DNA of 64,000 bases from Prorocentrum cordatum (lineage: Eukaryota). This document shows, one piece after another, positions 37,782-47,950 of this stretch. The notes below the pieces were generated by a model. The model was not told where the DNA came from. It was given only the letters and a program-made list of their open reading frames with translations, and made no database searches. The translations under genes and the position numbers were made by a program. The DNA lies in assembly GCA_963575745.1 (NCBI GenBank), contig CAUYUJ010000001.1, positions 2,170,001 to 2,234,000 of the forward strand. Reading direction: 5' to 3'. Each line of letters starts with the position of its first letter. Position 1 is the first letter of the stretch.

Positions 37782-39619
37782 GGGGGGGACGCATCGACCC
37801 CGAATCGCCCATTGATCGCCGATAGAGGCCCGATAGCCCCGATATGCCCAGGAACTTGCAGCTTCACTTTCGGAGGCCTATCGCTGACCTATCGGCGATG
37901 TGTTGTTCCCCTCTTGTGCCTATCCCCCCTATCGTTGCCCCTCGTTTGGTCTCTTGGAATGCCTCCTCGGGGCCACGTGTATGCCCCTTGGGGCCTTGGC
38001 GGGGGATCCTGGGGTCCTGGCGGGGGCCTCGCGGGGACCTCTCCGGAGCCTCCTGGCGATCTCGTGTGCCGTCTTGGCAAAAGAGGGTTCCTGGGGGCAG
38101 TTCGGGCGCACCCCTCGAGGGCCGAGTAAACTTCTGAATCTAAGTTGTGATCCACGCTCTTCGGCATCGGCAAAAGTCATGCGGGCCGCCCCGAAAGCCA
38201 CGCGGAACGCCCAAAAAGCGCCCAGAATTTGGGGTTCGGGCCCCTTTCACAGAGTATTGACGATACCCCACATACGTACATTCGAAGGGACTCGATGACT
38301 TTCCGCTTCGTGCCCTGCGGCACCGTGGCGGAAAACGCTATAGCCAAGCCCATCCTGCTGGACACCTGTTCCGCGTTTCAAAACAAAAGTCGAGCGCGAC
38401 AACTGACAGGTCTTCAATATTCCAACGCGTGCAATCCGCCGCCGACCCGTTCAGCCATGTAGTTTCGATCATGGACGGACCGCGCAGTGGAAGCGTATAC
38501 GCAAGTCAACAAACATATAAGCAGGGCGATGGTAGAAATGAGCCGAGCGAAGGACCAAATCCTGTGCAGCTGCAAATCATGCAGGGCGCGGCCTTGTCCT
38601 CATGTTCTGCGCGCCGCGGGGGAGATGGAGTCCAGGGCAGTGCGGAGTGGGGGCTGGGGCATAGTCACGCAGGTGCTCGCTGAAATCTCAATGGGACACG
38701 GTCCATGTGAGGCTTGTGCTGACATTGGTCGGGGACCGCGTGCAAGAGCTCCCTCTTTGGCCGTACGTGGAGCTCCCCACGGGGCACAACACGATTGAGG
38801 GGAGTGCCAGGACGGGTTGGGAATCGCATCCGAGTGCGCAAAGATGCCAAAAGGGTGGACGCCAGGCTTGTCGCGCACGACATACGGGACACTCCAGGGC
38901 GGGACTCGCCTTCGGAGCAGCCTCGCACCCGACGGAAGCTGGCGGGATGGACAGCGGAAGCCGGCGGAAGCGTGGGGCCGTGCGGCTGGGTATTTAGTCC
39001 AACAGTTCCGCCTTCCTGCCTCTGCGCCCCTTTTCTGGCCCCAGCTCATCTCGAGGTTTCTGAGATTGGTGCTGCGCCGAGGCATCGGTAGGTTTTGACT
39101 GGGCCCGTCGCAAGACAGCCCAGTGACATTTCAAGGGTGCAGCGCGGGAAGCGGAAGCAGAACGGCGGCGTGTCCGCAGGCGGAAGCCAGCGGAAGGCCA
39201 GAGGCGGCGGGCAGTGGAAGCGAGACCCGAGACGCTTACTTTGTGTGTTCCGGGTTTTGGGAGCCGTCCGTACGGGTTCCCGCGGTTCTCGCCAGCCACA
39301 GCGCGCAGCATCGCAACCAGCTCCCAGCGACGGCAACAATCAGGAGGGGAAAAAACACACAGACACAATTAATCGGCCACTCCCAGGAAAATATGGGAAA
39401 ATATGGGAAGTGGTGGGGAAGACAGAAACCTAGAAAATATGTGGAAATATGGAGAATATTTACCTAACAGCGTAGACTGATAGGTTTCTAGTTGACTCAA
39501 AAGAGCTCACAGATCACTCCACAGGGGGGTCCGGGCAGGCGTTGGGAGTTGCCGGCCGGGCCTGTGCCGGGCTCGTTTTTCACCAACAGTCACACACTTC
39601 GTGCTCGTCGACCTCTCAG

Positions 39620-40034
39620 AACCCCATTCCCAGGCCACATTCTGAATAACCGGATGCAACAGTCACACAACAGTCTCACTTGAATCCCAGAACTCCATTC
39701 CCGGGCCACATTTTGGATGCCCGGAGCCAACTGTAGGCCACTTCGGTCATTTTGGATGCCCGGAGCCAACTGTAGGCCACTTCGTGTTCCCAGAACTCCA
39801 TTCCCGGGCCACATTTTTGCCCGGAGCCAACTGTAGGCCACTTCGTGCTCTTCGAGTTCCCAGAACTCCATTCCCGGGCCACATTTTGAATGCGGAGCCA
39901 ACTGTAGGCCATCTTCAAGTTCCCAGGCCAAGTTCCCCATTCCTGGGCATGATTTTGAATGCCCGGAGCCAACTGTAGGCCACTTCGTGTTCTTCGAGTT
40001 CCCAGAATTCCATTCCCGGGCCACATTTTGAATG
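39620..40034. repeat. ~60-bp minisatellite (CCCAGAACTCCATTCCCGGGCCACATTTTGAATGCCCGGAGCCAACTGTAGGCCACTTCG)
   Basis: About 5-6 tandem copies. Confidence 0.9.
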
Positions 40035-41671
40035 CTGAGGCAGGCTGAGGCTGAGGCTGAGGCAGGCTGAGGCTGAGGCAGGCTGAGGCTGAGGCCGAGG
40101 CTGAAGGCAGACTGAGGCTGAGGCTGAAGGCAGGCTGAGGCTGAGGCAGAGGCAGGCTGAGGCTGAGGCAGGCTGATGAGGCTGAGGCAGGCTGAGGCTG
40201 AGGCTGAGGCTGATGCAGGCTGAGGCTGAGGCAGGCTGAGGCTGAGGCTGAGGCCGAGGCTGAAGGCAGAGGCTGAGGCTGAGGCTGAGGCAGGCTGAGG
40301 CTGAGGCTGAGGCAGGCTGAGGCTGAGGCTGAGGCTGAGGCAGGCTGAGGCTGAGGCTGAGGCAGGCTGAGGCTGAGGCTGAGGCAGGCTGAGGCTGAGG
40401 CAGGCTGAGGCTGAGGCTGAGGCTGAGGCTGAGGCTGCAGGCTGAGGCTGAGGCTGAGGCTGAGGCTGAGGCTGAGGCAGGCTGAGGCTGAGGCTGAGGC
40501 AGGCTGATGCTGAGGCTGAGGCAGGCTGAGGCTGAGGCTGAGGCTGAGGCTGAGGCTGAGGCTGAGGCTGATGCAGGCTGAGGCTGAGGCAGGCTGAGGC
40601 TGAGGCCGAGGCTGAAGGCAGACTGAGGCTGAGGCTGAAGCAGGCTGAGGCTGAGGCTGAGGCAGGCTGAGGCTGAGGCTGAGGCTGAGGCTGAGGCTGC
40701 AGGCTGAGGCTGAGGCTGAGGCAGGCTGAGGCTGAGGCTGAGGCTGAGGGCTGAGGCTGAGGCTGCAGGCTGAGGCTGAGGCTGAGGCTGAGGCGGCTTG
40801 AGGCTGAGGCTGAGGCAGGCTGAGGCTGAGGCCGAGGCTGAAGGCAGACTGAGGCTGAGGCTGAAGCAGGCTGAGGCTGAGGCCAAGGCAGGCTGAGGCT
40901 GAGGCTGAGGCAGGCTGAGGCTGAGGCAGGCTGAGGCTGAGGCTGAGGCTCATGCAGGCTGAGGCTGAGGCAGGCGGAGGCTGAGGCCGAGGCTGAAGGC
41001 AGACTGAGGCTGAGGCTGAAGCAGGCTGAGGCTGAGGCTGAGGCAGGCTGAGGCTGAGGCTGATGCAGGCTGAGGCTGAGGCAGGCTGAGGCTAAGGCTG
41101 AGGCTGATGCAGCTGAGGCTGCGGCAGGCTGAGGCTGAGGCGGAGGCTGAAGGCAGACTGAGGCTGAGGCTGAAGCAGGCTGAGGCTGAGGCTGAGGCAG
41201 GCTGAGGCTGAGGCTGAGGCAGGCTGAGGCTGAGGCAGGCTGAGGCCGAGGCCGAGGCTGCAGGCAGACTGAGGCTGAGGCTGAAGCAGGCTGAGGCTGA
41301 GGCTGAGGCAGGCTGAGGCTGAGGCTGAGGCTGAGGCAGGCTGATGCTGAGGCAGGCTGAGGCTGAGGCTGAGGCTGATGCAGGCTGAGGCTGAGGCAGG
41401 CTGAGGCTGAGGCCGAGGCCGACGGCAGACTGAGGCTGAGGCTGAAGCAGGCTGAGGCTGAGGCAGAGGCAGGCTGAGGCTGAGGCTGAGGCAGGCTGAT
41501 GCTGAGGCAGGCTGAGGCTGAGGCTGAGGCTGATGCAGGCTGAGGCTGCAGGCAGGCTGAGGCCGAGGCTGAAGGCAGACTGATGCTGAGGCTGAAGCAG
41601 GCTGAGGCTGAGGCTGAGGCTGAGGCTGAGGCAGGCTGAGGCTGAGGCTGAGGCAGGCTGAGGCTGAGGCT
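40035..41671. repeat. (GCTGAG)n satellite punctuated by GCAG
   Basis: 1.6 kb read directly from the sequence. Confidence 0.98.
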
Positions 41672-42023
41672 GTGACTGCGACTGCCGTTGCCACTGCGAC
41701 TGTCATCGCGAATGCGACTACGACTGCGAGAACAGCAGAATTCTACAACTGGATTCTCATCCGAATCTTAAGGGGAATGCTTCCAGATATGCTCCTACAC
41801 ATCGATGTTAGGTTGCTTTGCCGGGATAATTTTATTTGTGTGTATTTATTTGTGTGTCCTGGGGCCCGGACGATCCAACTGGGGCCGCGGGTGGAGCTCC
41901 CCACCGCGCACGAGCCACGCGAGGCCTCTCGGGCAGTGCTGGGGTGACGTTGGGGGCCTCTCGTGCCGTCCTGGGCACGCGACTGAAAATGCAGTGAGGT
42001 CAAAATCCGACGAGAGTAGTCTA

Positions 42024-42081
42024 CTCTGTAAGAACGGTTTTTTGAAGGCAGATCTGCCTTCAAAAAACCGTTCTTACAGAG
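42024..42081. repeat. Perfect 58-bp palindrome between two 95-bp direct repeats
   Basis: CTCTGTAAGAACGGTTTTTTGAAGGCAGA|TCTGCCTTCAAAAAACCGTTCTTACAGAG. Direct repeats at 41922-42016 and 42083-42177. Confidence 0.95.
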
Positions 42082-42925
42082 AAGGCCTTTCGGGCAGTGC
42101 TGGGGTGATGTTGGGGGCCTCTCGTGCCGTCCTGGACACGCGACTGAAAATGCAGTGAGGTCAAAATCCGACGAGAGGGCCACAGTGGTGTCGATACTTC
42201 CAGCCACCCGGAACGGCCCCCAGGGCCTCCCAAGACGGCCAGGGATGCCCCGGAGGGGCCCGCAGCACGGCCCGAGGGCTTCAGGACGCTCCCCGGGACC
42301 GTCTTCGGCCACGGCGGAAGCGTGGAGTCCCAGCCACGCTCCTGAGGCCTTTGAAAGAGCCATGTGGGCCGCCCTGGTAGCGCCGCCCAGGAGCGCCCAG
42401 GGCTCCAGTCCCCAGGCTTTGGACCCGTGAGACAGCATCTGCGGCACGGAGTGCGGGGCGTTCGAAGGGGCTTGGGTTGACTACATTGAGTGTCCACGGC
42501 ATGGTGGCGAATCCTCCAAGCAGGCTCCCGCCAGTGATCTTCCACACCTGACATGTGTTTCGGCGGCGAGCAAGGGGGGAAGTGATAAGTAGAAGGCCTC
42601 TCAGAAGGCGGCAGGACTTCTCAGAAGCCCTCGCGCCTTCTGAGAGGCTTGTTTGTGTCTTCGGGGAAGGCTGAAGAACTTTTCAGAAGACTGGGGGACT
42701 TCCGAACCTTCTGAGAAGGCCTCCACCTTCTCACTCCCCCCCTCGCACGCCGCCGAGTATTATGGGGCATGTTGCTATGTGTTTGCGTATTTCAGGAGGC
42801 GCACCCTCTTGCTGCACAATGTCTTAGCACTTGCGGCCACCTCCCCATACGCCAGAAATGACGCACCCCCTGTATAACACATGATATCAGGTCCTCGTCA
42901 GGTTTGGACGAATGTTATGTCTGTT

Positions 42926-42947
42926 TGTGTAGCCATTCTGGTCCAAG
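42926..42947 (+). other. Relict dinoflagellate spliced leader upstream of Pho88-like paralogue 2
   Basis: GTAGCCATTCTGGTCCAAG versus GTAGCCATTTTGGCTCAAG (16/19), 85 nt before the ATG at 43033. Confidence 0.65.
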
Positions 42948-43032
42948 ACCCCTGCGCTATCTCCTTGTGGTTACCGCCGGCTTGTCCCCAGCCCAACTGG
43001 CCAGGGGCGAGGTCGCCAATTCGGAGGAGCAC

Positions 43033-43431
43033 ATGAAGGAACTCTTTGTCGACGCGGCCATCTTCGTCGCGTGCCAGGTATTCTTCCGCGCCACGGACTG
43101 CACCAACGCCTCCAACTGCGCCATCCCGTGGGTGCTGCCGGCCGCCCGCGTGTTCTTTGTATGTTTTAATGTGCTACTCCTCGGCTCCCAGCTTCTCTTG
43201 AGCAGGAGAGCGCGGCAGATCGGTGGAGCGGACGCGATCGAGGACGCAGAGTACATGGAGAAGCGCTTCCAGAAGTTCTTTGTCAAAGCGCTGGTGCTCT
43301 ATTCCGTGCACTCCTATTTTGGACTTATGGCTCCGCTGGTCTGCAGTTGTCTCATCACTGCGTACGGGCTGCCGTTTTTCCAGGACCGGGAGCACTCTTG
43401 TTGGGCGAAGTATGGGCGCTCAAAACCCTAA
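43033..43431 (+). CDS. Small membrane protein, Pho88/Snd3-like, paralogue 2 (132 aa, intronless, probable retrogene)
   Basis: ATG...TAA ORF MKELFVDAAIF...WAKYGRSKP, conserved with 34704-35102, with an upstream SL relic. Confidence 0.8.
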   Translation: MKELFVDAAIFVACQVFFRATDCTNASNCAIPWVLPAARVFFVCFNVLLLGSQLLLSRRARQIGGADAIEDAEYMEKRFQKFFVKALVLYSVHSYFGLMAPLVCSCLITAYGLPFFQDREHSCWAKYGRSKP

Positions 43432-43965
43432 GCGTTGACGCGCCGCGTCTCGACATGTGTGTTGAGCGATGCCCGACAGAGAAAGAACAATTGCATCCAC
43501 GCTCAGTCCTGACGCCATCCTTCTCCGTTCCCTCGGGGGGACGCCGAACAAATCGAGTCTCGAGATGAGCCTGAGCAGACCCATCAAGCAACCATAAATA
43601 GCTTATCGGACCTTTCGGTCTGGGAGCCTCTTGGTAGCCTAACGGGGCAATCTTGCAGCACTCTTGGGGCCTTTTGGGCTCTCTTGGGGCCCTCGTTTGG
43701 CCCTCTGAGGGTCATCTTCGTGGTATTGGGGGCTATTTTGGAGGACATCGATCAAAGAAGGGGGCGCCAACCGCCGCGTGACAAGGATTTGCCCAGGCCC
43801 ACCCGCGCGGGGCCTGGGACAGGTCTGGCCAGTCTTAGTGCCAGCGCAGTCGGTGGTCGACCTGCACTTGCGCTGACCGCCTCCCCGCGTTCCTTCTCCC
43901 CCCCCCTCCCCCTCACCCCACCCCGTCGTGCACCCCCCTCTTCCTTCTCCTCCTCCTCCTCCTCC

Positions 43966-43999
<34 letters not shown>

Positions 44000-44014
44000 T
44001 CTCCTCCTCCTCCT

Positions 44015-44051
44015 TCCGTAGCCAGTTTGGCTCAAGCCATGATGGCTCAAG
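44015..44051 (+). other. Genomic dinoSL copy plus tandem 15-nt SL relic
   Basis: TCCGTAGCCAGTTTGGCTCAAG (21/22 to dinoSL) immediately followed by CCATGATGGCTCAAG (13/15 to SL nt 8-22). Confidence 0.93.
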
Positions 44052-45339
44052 GGATGCCGCTGTCATCGCGGCTAGTTTGCCGCGGCCGCGCCCAGCCCTT
44101 GTCTCCCGATCGCGCTTGCTCATGCCTGGGACGAATGGCGGGGGCTCCAAGCGCAGAGGTACAAAGAAGAACATGTCGTGGTGTGCTCGCCGTGCTGCTG
44201 CTAGTGCAGGTGATGGTGTTCGTGGGGATGAGGGTCCATCGACGGGAAACGACGATAGGTATCGTTCCAGCCGCGCCTACAACGATGACGAAGACGGAAT
44301 GGATCCAGGAAGTTGGGGCGCATACATGAATGGACCCCATTGACGAATTCGGTACCAAATTCAAGGTTTTCCGGGTCGAGCTCGCAAGTGTGGTTGCCAG
44401 CACAGCGAATGCAGCCGCAGGTAAAGCTGTGGACCCTGTCATGTCAGCCATCAAAGCGCTGGAGGAGGCGGCCAAGTCGGATGCGAACACTCGCAAGGCG
44501 CACGTGGAGGCGGTTTTCCGCCTTGTGATCTTCCAAGCGAAGCTGGACTCGCTTTCTGCCTAGGTGGCGGCGACCGGCTGTAGGACTGACAGTATTGCGG
44601 AAGAGCGGGCAGAGATGCGCTCACCCATAGAGGATATGCGGCGCGAGATTACTCCCGCCAACATGGCCCCGCCGCCGCCCAAGCCTCCCAGCGCCGGGCT
44701 CCACCGGGAAGCCCGCGCTATCATTATCAAGATTGTCGCGCCCACCGTGGTCAAGTAGGCGGACTTTGCATCTCACGTTGGCAAGTGGCTCAACGACGCG
44801 AAGATCGAGGGCTTCACGTTGGTGGGCGAGGAGCAGGATCGGACCTTCATAATGCAGCTCACAGGTGCAGTTGTTGTCGCTGGACGCTGTGTCGTTCAGG
44901 CTCTCGGCGCTTTTCGCCCCCCTGGCAAACGGCAGCGCGTGCGTTTTCCAGTCGCTGCGGCGTCTGGAGGTTCTACGCAAGTGCATGCGGGCTCTGACAA
45001 GAGCCCGTTTCAGATCACAGTCGACATCGTTGGGGGGATCGTTGCAATTATTCTCCGTCAGCGCTTCCACGGGGTCCGACTCTTCTTCGACAGGCAGAAT
45101 GGTTGGATCACCGAGAACTGGAGCCCGATCCTCAGGCTGGAGCCCCATGCTGGTCGCGACCCTGGCCTGTGTTTCTAGCATGATGTAGCGCTCGCCAATC
45201 GCGGTTGGACCCGCGCTGAGGCGCGGACGCGCACGGTGCACACTCTTGAACCCAATGCAGCACCAGAGATGTCTCTGCAGCGTTTTCGACGACATCGTTG
45301 CGCACGCGGCGAACGGCTGGCGCGCCCTAGAGGCCGAGG

Positions 45340-46095
45340 AGCTGACGTTCACTTCGTGGAGCGAAAGGGCTTTATTACGCTGTCGTGGTGATCATGCTAT
45401 AGCTAGGGCGACCTACTTGCAAAAGCGGGCTCTCGCACCCGGTGTCTGCGACCCAAGAGGTCCAACAGTCGTTGGAGGCAGAGTGGCGCCGTTGCCGGCG
45501 GTTGTTGGGTCGTTTGCATGTGACCGGGAAGGACACGCGCGCGGTGGCGCTGCCACGCTCGCGCCCTTATCGTCATCAGCCCCAGTGCCGAGTCGTCCAC
45601 CTGTCGTTCTGGCCAGAGTGCTTCAGACGATTGCACGTGGCTCACGATCAGAGATTCGGCGCTACAGCTGTCGCAGCAACGATCGATCGGCAGAGGATGT
45701 TCGGAAGGTGGCCTCTGGGCTGGAAGACGATACTTCTTGGGGCCAAGCGGGTGCTAACTCGCGGTTGGTTGTGGCACGTGGCGATTTCATATCTGCTTCC
45801 CGCGACCCCCTGAGCCCGCTCGCCCATCGGGCCGCCAGGGGCACCGAGGTCGTCGACAACGCGTGCAAAGATATGAAGACCTGGATGGCAGAGCCATGTA
45901 AGATGCCGGAACTGGCTTACGAGGACCCCGCGCGCTTCTGCAAGGAGTCCAATGCGCCGGCGCAGATGGAGCGCATCTGGGTGTCTGGGCCGGACTGGCC
46001 ACCCTCGCAACTTCAACGCGCGGCGCGCGCTGTCTCGACACCCGAGGAGCTGCCCGCCCAAGCTATTTCCGGCCACGCCGCCGTTTGGTCTCGCT
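45340..46095 (+). pseudogene. APE endonuclease domain of LINE ORF2 (degenerate)
   Basis: LTFTSWSERALL (SWN-like), LVVARGDF and MERIWVSGPDW...AISGHAAV (SDH motif mutated). It resembles the 9110-9245 remnant. Confidence 0.8.
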
Positions 46096-46834
46096 CAGCA
46101 TCGCCAACGGGACGCAGCGTCTCGGAAGGCGGTGCGAGCGGCCATTGACCAGCGTCTTGAATTTCGATTGCGACTAGAGGTTTCACTTTCGCAAGATGGC
46201 TGCCCATCCCCCTCCGCGTCGCCCCCTCGGCACCTCGGGCGGCGCAAGGACCTGGCGGGCGCAGCCGCATGCGATGCGCTTCGCCAACTGCTAGTCAACG
46301 ACGCGCCCGGCACAGATGCCTGGCGCATCCTCGGTCGGCAGATGGCGCGGGCACTCTGCAGGCAAGATGCGGATTTCGCGCGGAAGGTCTGCGACGCGTC
46401 GGAGGCGGCTCGCATTCGCGCTGATTGATTTAGGAATGGCGCAAGTTTGATCGGCCCAGCGGCGCCCCGGGCGCGGGCGGGGCGGATGCGCCCAACGCGC
46501 TGCTGCAGGACAGGAACTCGCTGACCTCCAATGCGAGCATGCGCGCGGTCGCGCTAAGCCCACTGCGGGCGCCATCGCTGCCAAGCAGAGGAGAGCTCGC
46601 TTGCGGGCGCCCTTCGCGAAAAGGCTCGCGCTGCGCGCAGCGAGGGTCGGCGTCTGCTGCGTCGACCCTGTGGCGAAGCTTGATGCATTGGCGAGACTAC
46701 TGGGCCCCCATCTCGGCGAAGTCCCCGCCCTTTCCACGTCGCGCGAGGGCGCGCGCCCAGGGGCCCGCGGCGCATTGCGATTTCCCCCAGATAATACCGC
46801 CCTCGCGCGAGCTTCTTTCTCGAACACTTCCCAG

Positions 46835-47950
46835 ATTGGCGCCGTCGAGATCTGCGCCGGGCGTCGATGGTCTCTCCTGCTCGGCGCGGGCTACAAGCCC
46901 AGCAAGAGCGGATGTCCTTTGAAGCGCGCGCGCATGGATCATGAATTTCCAGTAGCTCTTCTCCTCATCTGGCGCGACCCTGCAGGCGTTCCTGCCGAAA
47001 GGGCGCCAAGCTGGCGACGACGGCGAGAAGTGGGCCACGCGCGCGCCTGACACCGTCAGAACCTTGGGGCTGCGCAGTGCGGATGCGAAGAACGTTCAAC
47101 ATCGCACGTGCCCCGATCGCTCAGCAGACCTCGTCGGCGGCCCAGCGAGGCATTATCGCGGGCGCGCAACTCATTTCCAACATCCTCGGGTTGGACGCCA
47201 CGGCGCGCATCCCCTTGCCACTTCTTGCGGCGGAGCGCGAGCAGCCGCTGCGCGTCGCGCTCGACTCCGGACTAGCACTTGCCTCCGCCAGGAACTGCTC
47301 TTCACTGTCGTAGAGCGGCTTGAGATTCCTTCTGCATTGCGCGCGGCCCTCCGGCCATTATGCGGAGTGGCGGCGGCCGCGGGGCGGGCAGCAGGCGTGC
47401 CCTCGGACCGTCCGCGTCTGCTGCTTGATCATTCAGAGGCGCGCGCTCTGGCCGTCTCTCCGCAGCGGCGACGTCGCCCACCTTGGAGGACCTCAGGTTG
47501 GGCCTCGAGGCGGCTGGGCGTGGGATTTACAGCCTGCGGCGCAGCCTGCGGCGGGGCGTAGTTTGACATGATCGACCTTCGCGTCTCGGCTAGCGAGGCG
47601 GCAGTTACGGAGAAAGTGGCGAACTTGAAGCTCTAGCCAACGAAGTGCGTCCTCGCGCAACTGGGCGGCGCCTTTTCGATCCAGAATCAGTTCGAGATCC
47701 AGCGGAACCTGGGGGGGCACCTGAAAGCATGGAAGTTGTTCAGGGTCGCGCCAACATTGCTGCATCTTGGCACGCGGTTGGGGCCGGCGGCAACTGCGAT
47801 GCAATTCTGGGGCGCGCGGTGGCTCGATTGCAAATCAGGGGTCGCCGCGTCGGCTGCTCCGTCTGCCCGCGCGCCCCCCGCAGCCACCTGACGCGTCGCG
47901 AGGGCGCGCCCTACCAAGAGCTGCGTCGCGCACTTCTCACCGCTGCCAGA
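46835..47950 (+). pseudogene. Reverse transcriptase domain of LINE ORF2 (frameshifted)
   Basis: SAPGVDGL (PGPDG), DTVRTLGLRSADAK (RPL), AQRGIIAGAQLISNILGLD (QxGF), ANLKL*PTKCVL and LLHLGTRLGP (YLG) in order. The YADD core is not clearly recognisable. Confidence 0.8.

Noticed and set aside
39620..40034. CRISPR-like regular repeats
   Set aside because: No unique spacers and no cas genes, and the context is eukaryotic. It is a simple minisatellite.
39676..41706. SLSL/QPQP/ASAS ORFs
   Set aside because: Translations of the (GCTGAG)n satellite.
34646..43286. Conserved antisense ORFs over both Pho88-like genes
   Set aside because: Shadows of the + strand frame, which has the hydrophobic profile, the ATG and SL relic, and matching stop positions.
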